Positions 9,100 to 15,609 of a stretch of DNA of 48,100 bases are shown here, piece by piece; position 1 is the first letter of the stretch, and each line of letters starts with the position of its first letter. Below the pieces are notes generated by a model that was given only the letters and a program-made list of their open reading frames with translations, was not told the origin of the DNA and did no database searches. Source of the DNA: a virus. Location: the IMG/VR virus record IMGVR_UViG_3300001102_000009, positions 1-48,100 of that record. The stretch is one strand, 5' to 3'. The translations under genes were made by a program, and so were the position numbers.

Positions 9100-9525
9100 C
9101 TATTGTTTGTATTATTTAATATTTTGTCGTACCGACATGTACGTAAACCGAAGTTTACTTCCAGGTACAGCGCGGCCCATCCCTTAAAAGAAAGAAGAGA
9201 TGGTGCTTGTGAGACACGATTAAGTATATAGCTATCTTACTCAATCCTCTCAATATGATACATATAGGATAGTACTAACACTCAGACTCCCTCCTGATAA
9301 CACCACCTTCCGGCGTAAGATCTTAAGACATAGTTATCATTCTTTTTATCTGTTGCTTTCTCTACCTTTGGTCAACATACGGCGCAGATCTAATGGTTCA
9401 GTAGGATGGGCCAAACTATTTTCCTGAACGATTTCATCTGCGTCTTATGCGGGCCTTATTTGGAATTTCGAGGATGTTTTACATGTTTCCCCGCTATACA
9501 TGGTTTTATATGTATATATAACTAT
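9100..9525 (-). ncRNA. About 420-nt ORF-free leader or candidate structured RNA between a consensus promoter and the first gene of the minus-strand arm
   Basis: No ORF longer than about 18 codons lies on the transcribed strand. There is a UUCG-capped 6-bp hairpin (gtaaac-uucg-guuuac, 9158..9143) and a 10-bp long-range complement (9412..9403 with 9183..9174). Confidence 0.35.
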
Positions 9526-9530
9526 TAGCT

Positions 9531-9559
9531 ATACTATCATATTATTGACCCATTGTCAA
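9531..9559 (-). promoter_or_regulatory. Sigma70-like promoter, cacacTTGACA-N17-TAGTAT
   Basis: The -35 is at 9559..9554 and the -10 at 9536..9531 on the minus strand, the same architecture as at 3401, 13564 and 14206. Confidence 0.55.
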
Positions 9560-10250
9560 GTGTGATGTGTGCTAATATACCCTTGTTTTACGCACTATTT
9601 ATTTTAGTTGACTGGGATTTCCCACTTTCGGCGATTTATCCTTACTTTTATGGGGGATTTCCCACTTTCGGCGACCCACCTTTCAGGCGATTTTGACTCT
9701 AATTTGCAAACCATTTGCATTACTATTTTCTGTTACTTTTATTTTTTTCTCAAATTTTTGGGGCGGGGAAGTGGTAGCCACCACCTATATGTATACGACC
9801 CCCACATCGAGGATATCCCACCCCCTCCACACCACACAATCTCAGCAAGTCAAGTGGTATGCACCCCACCACGTTATTGTTTTGGTGTCAAGTTTGACGT
9901 CCCGTCAATTTCCCAATCATAGATTGCTCAAGTTTAACGACCACTTGGCTCCCCACCACATTGTAGCCCCATGTGTGGGTGATCCATGTGGTGGGTGGTC
10001 CAAATACGTACATTTATAGCCAATTGGTGAAATAACGAGGCTCTGTGGTCCATTCTAAGCGGTTTAAATAAGTGTTGCCTACCCAAAGTACCTGTAAAAT
10101 GGGGTTGGAGGGGAGGGGTGGGGAGGAAGACTTAGATTGCCCACCCACCACATACACAGCCCACATTGCATACCTATCTGCCACCCGCCACCATGTATAT
10201 AGAATCACGACATAATGTCACAGTTATACACAGGTATTGTCGTGATTCGG
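9560..10250. promoter_or_regulatory. Divergent control region and candidate replication origin (direct repeats, AT-rich tract, CCACAT/ATGTGG boxes, G4 motif, inverted repeat)
   Basis: This is about 0.7 kb with no credible ORF at the point where the two transcription arms diverge. Individual elements are listed in the findings. Confidence 0.4.
9614..9674 (+). repeat. Two perfect 21-bp direct repeats, gggatttcccactttcggcga, spaced 40 bp start to start
   Basis: The copies are at 9614-9634 and 9654-9674. A third partial copy, ctttcaggcgatttt, lies at about 9680-9694. Confidence 0.9.
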
Positions 10251-10278
10251 TTGCACATCCATGTGGTTGTGATAGTAT
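10251..10278 (+). promoter_or_regulatory. Early promoter, TTGCAC-N16-TAGTAT, with an ATGTGG box in the spacer
   Basis: The -35 is at 10251-10256 and the -10 at 10273-10278, about 30 nt upstream of the first plus-strand ORF. Confidence 0.5.
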
Positions 10279-10307
10279 ATAAGTGTAGGCAATAGTCTAC
10301 TTAATAG

Positions 10308-10640
10308 ATGCACATAAACAATAATCTTATGATCCCCAAAGTAGAGAACATGACTAGCCCACGTAGTGGTGCACCAGTCGCAAATCAATTCGTTATCAAG
10401 TACAGCGGTGGCGGTGCACTAGGAAACTTCAAGGCTGTGCACGTATTCCAATCGTATGATAGCATTATAGCAGAGGTAACGTACTGGGAAGACCGCACAG
10501 ACGTAGTACTAGATACAGCGTATTGGAACTATAGTACAACTACCAGCAAGTATCGTAACCTGTTCCTGGGTGATACCACTGCGGAAACAAAGGCAAAAAT
10601 TAAGAGTGGTGAATACAAGGTAGCAGATCTAAACAAGTAA
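10308..10640 (+). CDS. Hypothetical early protein
   Basis: 110-aa ORF, first gene of the plus arm. Confidence 0.6.
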   Translation: MHINNNLMIPKVENMTSPRSGAPVANQFVIKYSGGGALGNFKAVHVFQSYDSIIAEVTYWEDRTDVVLDTAYWNYSTTTSKYRNLFLGDTTAETKAKIKSGEYKVADLNK

Positions 10641-10642
10641 TT

Positions 10643-10900
10643 ATGAAACAAACCATCATAGACACAATCATGATCATTGTCACAATTGCCGTACTGTTTG
10701 CAGTAGCAGACATTGCAGTGAGCAAGGTACACGCCCATGAGTGTGCTACCCACCAACATTACTTAGCCACATTACCAGACTACTACCTAACCAACCCACA
10801 ATTTGATGCCTGCATTAAACTGATGGACTTGGCCGAGGATGATTTTCAGACCATTGACAATCAAGGAAGAATGTATCTTAACAACGTAACAACAAACTAA
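10643..10900 (+). CDS. Hypothetical membrane protein (N-terminal TM segment)
   Basis: 85-aa ORF with the hydrophobic segment IIDTIMIIVTIAVLFAVADIAV. Confidence 0.5.
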   Translation: MKQTIIDTIMIIVTIAVLFAVADIAVSKVHAHECATHQHYLATLPDYYLTNPQFDACIKLMDLAEDDFQTIDNQGRMYLNNVTTN

Positions 10901-10901
10901 C

Positions 10902-11135
10902 ATGTCAACAATTGAAATAAACATTTACGATAACGGTGGTGAAACAGCAGACCGTTACACCGTCACAATCACAGACCCCGCCGGAGAATTGGATGTATAC
11001 ACAATGAGTGAGGATGCCAACAGTGCGCAGGGTATTAACCAGTACAGTCACACCACCGAGGTTTACCACGGCACACCGCTGAAGGTAAGTGAAGTCCCTG
11101 AACAGGTGCTACAAGCAGCGATTAAAAGAATCTAA
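10902..11135 (+). CDS. Hypothetical protein
   Basis: 77-aa ORF, 1 nt after the previous stop. Confidence 0.5.
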   Translation: MSTIEINIYDNGGETADRYTVTITDPAGELDVYTMSEDANSAQGINQYSHTTEVYHGTPLKVSEVPEQVLQAAIKRI

Positions 11136-11144
11136 AACTAACCT

Positions 11145-11525
11145 ATGTACAACAAACTTAAGAGCAACGAAGTGGTACGCGGAATAGCCACCGCCTACCG
11201 ACACAAATGGATCGTAACCACACTAGCCCTTGCCATTGTGGTACTGTGGCAAGATATTGACCCACAAATGCCCGCAGTGTTTGCAGAAAATGAGGTATAT
11301 GTCGAGAATGTGAAGCCCTACGAAGCCGCCGACATGGAACTTGACGCATACATCGAGAAGCGAACAGCAGAGATATTTGAACACCGCCAGCACATCTATA
11401 AGGAAATGGCACGACAAGACGCGCTAAAGCAAGCAGCAAGCGAACTATTGAAACTTAATAGCCACAGCCCACATGTCGATTATCAGTACATGCAGAAGGT
11501 TGTGGATGAGGAATTAAATAACTAA
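11145..11525 (+). CDS. Hypothetical membrane-anchored protein
   Basis: 126-aa ORF with the TM-like segment WIVTTLALAIVVLW. Confidence 0.5.
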   Translation: MYNKLKSNEVVRGIATAYRHKWIVTTLALAIVVLWQDIDPQMPAVFAENEVYVENVKPYEAADMELDAYIEKRTAEIFEHRQHIYKEMARQDALKQAASELLKLNSHSPHVDYQYMQKVVDEELNN

Positions 11526-11529
11526 TAAC

Positions 11530-11706
11530 ATGATCTTCACCAAAACAATCAACAAAAACGACGCACGATACGTACTAGACTGTGACCTTGAGGAACTATC
11601 ACGTATTTACGCAGCCCTGTCGTACAGTGTCAAACAGTTTGGCGACTCACCACGGGCAGCAGATGAGGTGGTGGCACTTAATAAGATAATTGACGACATT
11701 AATTAA
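11530..11706 (+). CDS. Hypothetical small protein (58 aa, below the ORF-track cutoff)
   Basis: The ATG is 4 nt after the previous stop. I read it as MIFTKTINKNDARYVLDCDLEELSRIYAALSYSVKQFGDSPRAADEVVALNKIIDDIN. Confidence 0.35.
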   Translation: MIFTKTINKNDARYVLDCDLEELSRIYAALSYSVKQFGDSPRAADEVVALNKIIDDIN

Positions 11707-11714
11707 TATAACAT

Positions 11715-11855
11715 ATGAGATTCACACAAACAGACCACGACGAAAGACGAGACCCCGAAGACGTAATATACGGTGACTACTTACCAGATTGCAACGGAGA
11801 TGGTATCTCCCTATCATGGTGGGCAATGTTAAAACCATCTTTCTGTAAGGACTAG
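11715..11855 (+). CDS. Hypothetical small protein (46 aa)
   Basis: An ATG..TAG ORF fills the gap: MRFTQTDHDERRDPEDVIYGDYLPDCNGDGISLSWWAMLKPSFCKD. Confidence 0.3.
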   Translation: MRFTQTDHDERRDPEDVIYGDYLPDCNGDGISLSWWAMLKPSFCKD

Positions 11856-11870
11856 CATTATAAATCACAC

Positions 11871-11900
11871 TTGACATGTGCACCCGTTTGGGTGTATTAT
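11871..11900 (+). promoter_or_regulatory. Sigma70-like promoter, cacacTTGACA-N18-TATTAT
   Basis: The -35 is at 11871-11876 and the -10 at 11895-11900. It overlaps the 5' extension of the listed ORF 11878.., which argues for the downstream ATG at 11962. Confidence 0.5.
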
Positions 11901-11961
11901 GTTATATGCAGGACGTGAAGCGGCGGACTCAACTTGTTTGACGATGACGTGTCTTGCACTT

Positions 11962-12531
11962 ATGATAGACCCTATCAAAATCAAAACGTGTATCGCATTA
12001 ATACTTGGCATGCTAGTTATACCGCTGATCGCAGTGGCGCAACCATCAAAGCATGTCGAGGTCGAAACACCTCATAAAGTCCAAGAAGTAGCAGAGGAAT
12101 CACCACAAATAACAGAAAATAAACCGGAACCAGTCGAAGTTGTCAATCACGCACAAAGTAATACAGTAGGCGTCGCATACACTCCCGACATGAACCGGTA
12201 TAATCACCTATTTGTACAGGCAGCACAACAATATGGAGTAAGCTATCAGCTACTCAAAGCCATCTCACTTTGCGAGAATGTGCGCCAAGATCCAACACTA
12301 CAGAGTGGATTATACTATAACTTTAACCACCCGAGAATCGGAATTGTAAAAGGCGAACGAGAAGCAAGCTATGGGTTAGCCCAGATTAACTTGCACTACA
12401 ACCCGCACGTAACCTACGAACAGGCAACAAACCCCGAGTTTTCAATTAACTTCTTAGCATCTAACGTGGCCGCTGGCCGTGCTAGTATGTGGGCATGTTA
12501 TACCGGTGGTGGTTATATAAAATATACGTAA
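11962..12531 (+). CDS. Secreted lytic transglycosylase-like protein (SLT domain)
   Basis: The signal-peptide-like N-terminus is MIDPIKIKTCIALILGMLVIPLIAVAQP. SLT-like motifs are ISLCEN (catalytic Glu context) and YGLAQIN. The start was trimmed from 11878 to the ATG at 11962. Confidence 0.6.
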   Translation: MIDPIKIKTCIALILGMLVIPLIAVAQPSKHVEVETPHKVQEVAEESPQITENKPEPVEVVNHAQSNTVGVAYTPDMNRYNHLFVQAAQQYGVSYQLLKAISLCENVRQDPTLQSGLYYNFNHPRIGIVKGEREASYGLAQINLHYNPHVTYEQATNPEFSINFLASNVAAGRASMWACYTGGGYIKYT

Positions 12532-12553
12532 CCGTAGCAGGTGAAAAACCAAT

Positions 12554-12580
12554 GAAAAAGCCCCCATTTGGGGGTCTTTT
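12554..12580. terminator. Bidirectional rho-independent terminator
   Basis: The sequence is aaaaag-ccccc-attt-ggggg-tctttt, lying between convergent ORFs (12531 plus, 12590 minus). Confidence 0.6.
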
Positions 12581-12589
12581 CTATGTAAT

Positions 12590-12919
12590 TTATTCCTCGA
12601 TAGGACTTGGTAATTCCTCTAAGTACCTAACATCAATTGTTTTCTTCTCTAGGTACAGCGCTTTTGCTAGTCTATGTTTACCATCCATAACAAAACCACG
12701 GTAGATAAGTATAGGGTGTTTGAGGTCTGCGTTTAACACTCTCTTCATCTCCTCTACAAAGTCACTTAGGTCGCCATGCTCACCCATGAGATTGAAATGT
12801 CTATATATAGATTTGGGATCAACCTTTTCTGTTTTCACTTCCCTTGCAACATCTATTAGGGCACTCACGTGGTACAATTCACCCGCGTACCACTGTCTTT
12901 GTCTGTGTGTTTCTGGCAT
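12590..12919 (-). CDS. ParB-like nuclease-domain protein (putative)
   Basis: 109 aa. HPILIYRGFVMDGKHRLAKALYL resembles the ParB N-terminal / sulfiredoxin motif (I..DG.HR..A). Confidence 0.45.
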   Translation of the reverse strand: MPETHRQRQWYAGELYHVSALIDVAREVKTEKVDPKSIYRHFNLMGEHGDLSDFVEEMKRVLNADLKHPILIYRGFVMDGKHRLAKALYLEKKTIDVRYLEELPSPIEE

Positions 12920-12933
12920 GTTTATATAATTAT

Positions 12934-13029
12934 TGACAATGGCGGGACTCGAACCCGCGCAAGGACTACCATTTAAAGAAACGTGAGTTTCATGGATTTG
13001 ATACCACTTCGCATTACGCCAACATTGTC
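12934..13029 (-). ncRNA. tRNA-like element with canonical acceptor stem and T-arm but no recognisable anticodon arm (96 nt)
   Basis: On the minus strand it reads GACAATG...GCGGG-TTCGAGT-CCCGC-CATTGTC-A. There are 64 nt between the acceptor 5' strand and the T-stem, where about 41 is expected. No 5-bp stem with a 7-nt loop fits in any register. The internal hairpin GAAAC-TCAC-GTTTC is at 12991..12978. Confidence 0.5.
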
Positions 13030-13529
13030 ATGTTTAGATATTAACTGTTGGGGAGGATTCAGGTACTATTGGCGAGGTAAATTACTCCTCTTTCTGACCT
13101 GGCCAGTTGCCGCATAAGTTTAGACAACCCCATTGAACCGCATGACTTAACTTCGGAACCCATTGGAACCCCCCAACAAATAACATCCTATCGCCTGCAT
13201 TTCTTCTGCCATCTTCAAGTCCCGCTGCGGACGGGGTAGCACCCCATGGTCTTACATTTAATTTGCAGGCGGCAAGATACTATCTTACCCTTATCTCCCA
13301 CCACATATTCCACCCCCGATGGGTTGGCCCTCGCCGTTGGAGCCGCTAAACTCCTCCATCAATCCCTAGATATACACTGGTTATATTGTGTTAACTTTCG
13401 GGAAGCCGTGTCTTTACCGTTAGGTGAGGTAACTATCCTCGATCACGCACCTTATCGTCGGGTATATCAGCCTCTTAGATTATTCGGTCACGGGGCAGAA
13501 TATGTAGTGTGAGTTTTACCTCGCATCTG
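13030..13529 (-). ncRNA. Candidate large structured non-coding RNA (about 500 nt) transcribed from the 13564 promoter, contiguous with the tRNA-like element
   Basis: Stops are dense in all three minus-strand frames. Several 8-10-bp long-range complements and local hairpins are present (see findings). Confidence 0.4.
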
Positions 13530-13535
13530 TTCCCT

Positions 13536-13564
13536 ATATTACACTAGTGTCCATTTTATGTCAA
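13536..13564 (-). promoter_or_regulatory. Sigma70-like promoter, cacacTTGACA-N17-TAATAT
   Basis: The -35 is at 13564..13559 and the -10 at 13541..13536 on the minus strand. Confidence 0.55.
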
Positions 13565-13595
13565 GTGTGTTTTTTGTTATGACACAATTACATAT

Positions 13596-14171
13596 TTAAT
13601 CAACTGCGTATTCCCACTGGAAGCCTGCTGATGATTTTGTTTTTCCTTTTAGTGCACAACTGATACTAGAATTTGCGGCATTAACTGCCTTAGCAGCCGA
13701 CCCAATGCTTTCAAAAGAATTTATAATTATGCCATTACGTAATTGATTTACCTTTTTTCTTCTACTGACCGCTCCCTTTTTTCTGTTGTAATCCCAGGTA
13801 ACTAATTGTATATTACTGATACTATATCCAGTGGTGTCGTCTAGTCTGTCTGGTGAAGGGGTGTAATTCTTTTTGTAATCTGATTCAACCCATACATTAA
13901 AAAGGTGATCAAAGTTTGGCTGACTAAATAGCCAGTCTCGATACTCCTGTAACGTGAAGTCTGGGTCTGGGTGTCCGCGTTTACGGCTTGCGGCACGCAT
14001 GTGGGCATACATTCTGGTGGAAAGTCCGTATTTTGTTTTGTAAAATTGACGACGACCCTCATCTATTTCTTCTTTTTTTTCCTTATAGCGTTTGCTTGCT
14101 CTTTCCTTGATCTTTTGTTTGTTTGCTTGGTAGTACTCTGCTTTGTACTCCTTCATGGTTTGTTTGCTCAT
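13596..14171 (-). CDS. HNH-type homing endonuclease with a C-terminal NUMOD/IENR-like DNA-binding tail (putative)
   Basis: It has an N-terminal basic KEYKAEYYQANKQKIKERASKRYKEKK repeat, the core SPDRLDDTTGYSISNIQLVTWDYNRKKG, and the tail ESIGSAAKAVNAANSSISCALKGKTKSSAGFQWEY. The start was set at the ATG at 14171. Confidence 0.55.
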   Translation of the reverse strand: MSKQTMKEYKAEYYQANKQKIKERASKRYKEKKEEIDEGRRQFYKTKYGLSTRMYAHMRAASRKRGHPDPDFTLQEYRDWLFSQPNFDHLFNVWVESDYKKNYTPSPDRLDDTTGYSISNIQLVTWDYNRKKGAVSRRKKVNQLRNGIIINSFESIGSAAKAVNAANSSISCALKGKTKSSAGFQWEYAVD

Positions 14172-14177
14172 GACCAA

Positions 14178-14206
14178 ATACTATCATATTTTAGATTTTA
14201 TGTCAA
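14178..14206 (-). promoter_or_regulatory. Sigma70-like promoter, cacacTTGACA-N17-TAGTAT, whose -10 ends 6 nt before the HNH ATG (leaderless-type arrangement)
   Basis: The -35 is at 14206..14201 and the -10 at 14183..14178, with the ATG at 14171. Confidence 0.5.
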
Positions 14207-14237
14207 GTGTGGTTGGCTAAAAAATACCCTTATTTTA

Positions 14238-15212
14238 CTAGAACAAATCATCAGTAGTTACTGACTGCGATCGTTTATTGTAATTTACTGACCGCTTGTC
14301 GAAGAAGTCAACATGTGAACTAGCTATAACATTATTCTCAAACCACTCGGTTTCCTCCAATATTTCCTCGTCCACCACCCACATACTACCAAAACCACAT
14401 TGCATAATCGACTTGTCCATTCGACTTTTGATGAACTCCTTGATAACTGCCTTCGGTAAAAATTCCAGTTCACCATTTTCAAATATCCAGTCAAGTACTT
14501 CACACTCCGCGTTCCAGGCCTCTTCGCAAAACTCGTGGATTTCATCCTCAAACTCTTTTGTGAACCACTCCGGGTTTTCTTTTCGTATAATATTGACCAG
14601 GTCGATACCAAACAATCCGTGGATGTTTTCCTCCTTGCTTGTTGCCTCGACGGCATTACTTGTGCCCTTGAAAAGATTTTTGTGTTTGTTAAAGGACATC
14701 ATAATAAGGAACTGCGAAAACAGCGACACGTGTTCGATAAGAATTGAGAACAGTATAATTGCTTTTGTATAGTCCTGGGGGTTTTTTGTCTTAGACAGTT
14801 TTGACACGGTCGACAAGTAATCAAAGCGACGACCCATAGCGGGAACCTCTAGCAATGTCTCAAAGCGATGGTTTAGGTTTAGGGTCTCCAGTAGGTGAGC
14901 ATAAGCATCTGCGTGACGCACCTCAGATTCAGCAAAGGTCATGCCGACCGCTGCGATCTCTGGCTTTGGTAGGTGCTTGCCGACATCGCCCCAGAAGTTT
15001 TTTACTGCCACTTCAATTTGAGCAATAGCCAACATGGTGCGAGTCATAGCTTCGCGTTCTGCGTCGTTGATATCTACCTTAAAGTTTTGTACGTCACCGG
15101 TAAAGTTGAATTCGGTGTGCACCCAGTACGAGTGACGCACGGCGTCATTGTATTCGTATAGGTGTGGGTACTGGTAGGGGCGTAAGTTCTTTCGTTCTTC
15201 AAAGATTGACAT
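14238..15212 (-). CDS. Ribonucleotide reductase small (beta, R2) subunit, class I
   Basis: The di-iron and tyrosyl motif ESEVRHADAY (E-x-x-H-x-x-x-Y) is present, along with a ferritin-like second half and a C-terminal ...TTDDLF tail. The start was trimmed to the ATG at 15212 (MSIFEERKN) because the listed 5' extension overlaps the promoter. Confidence 0.8.
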   Translation of the reverse strand: MSIFEERKNLRPYQYPHLYEYNDAVRHSYWVHTEFNFTGDVQNFKVDINDAEREAMTRTMLAIAQIEVAVKNFWGDVGKHLPKPEIAAVGMTFAESEVRHADAYAHLLETLNLNHRFETLLEVPAMGRRFDYLSTVSKLSKTKNPQDYTKAIILFSILIEHVSLFSQFLIMMSFNKHKNLFKGTSNAVEATSKEENIHGLFGIDLVNIIRKENPEWFTKEFEDEIHEFCEEAWNAECEVLDWIFENGELEFLPKAVIKEFIKSRMDKSIMQCGFGSMWVVDEEILEETEWFENNVIASSHVDFFDKRSVNYNKRSQSVTTDDLF

Positions 15213-15285
15213 AAATGCGACTGTTAGTTGGGTTAAATAGAGTAAACTCTGGTTTACGTACCTGTCGGTACGACATAGGATATAC

Positions 15286-15314
15286 AGCTTATCATAGTCG
15301 TAACCTAAAGTCAA
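15286..15314 (-). promoter_or_regulatory. Promoter, aatcatacTTGACTt-N-tatgaTAAGCT (family 2), driving the RNR beta gene
   Basis: The -35 is at 15314..15309 and the -10 at 15291..15286. Its -35 and -10 flanks are near-identical to the plus-strand copy at 15610. Confidence 0.5.
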
Positions 15315-15414
15315 GTATGATTACCTCCAATATATCCTTATAAATAAGGCTATATTTAATTTTAGCTTACACTTGACTTATGGGAAAACATGTACTTGAT
15401 TGATACAATCCTAC

Positions 15415-15443
15415 TTGTGCTACTTGTAATAATGGTGTATAAT
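15415..15443 (+). promoter_or_regulatory. Possible promoter, TTGTGC-N17-TATAAT
   Basis: There is a perfect -10 at 15438-15443 and a weak -35 at 15415-15420. Confidence 0.3.
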
Positions 15444-15609
15444 CGAACGTAAGTGAGCTTCTCAACAACAAAAGTAAAAAGTTAATTCCCAGTTTGATTT
15501 TTCTGTAACGGAGTGAAAGAAATAATTAAACTAGAGCTTATGGAATAAGCGACTGATAGTTGACATAAACATTATTAGGTTTTTGGTGATAAAACTATCT
15601 AAATCATAC

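Noticed and set aside
9608-10208. ORFs 9608..9922 (+), 9693..10019 (+) and 10014..10208 (-) in the divergent intergenic region
   Set aside because: They start at non-ATG codons, overlap one another, and have His/Pro/Thr- or Trp/Gly-rich low-complexity translations caused by the CCAC/GGTGG repeats. The region is better explained as regulatory or origin DNA.
11878-11961. N-terminal extensions in the ORF track (11878, 14177, 15314, 21268, 23664, 24325, 25569, 26043, 30586, 15940)
   Set aside because: These begin at GTG or TTG codons, overlap promoters or upstream genes, or precede an ATG that abuts the previous stop. I trimmed them to the internal ATG, so those start coordinates are less certain than the ORFs themselves.
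13246-13512. Plus-strand 88-aa ORF inside the candidate large RNA
   Set aside because: It is on the opposite strand from the only promoter seen. It has no start context, and its neighbours on that strand are absent. It is most likely a chance open frame in a relatively G+C-rich segment.
12934-13564. Interpretation of the tRNA-like element plus upstream RNA as a tmRNA
   Set aside because: In a tmRNA the acceptor stem is formed by the extreme 5' and 3' ends of the whole molecule. Here the complementary GACAATG lies only 96 nt upstream of the 3' end. I also found no resume codon or tag ORF ending in a hydrophobic ..ALAA-like tail. A two-piece or highly divergent form cannot be excluded without ARAGORN or Infernal.
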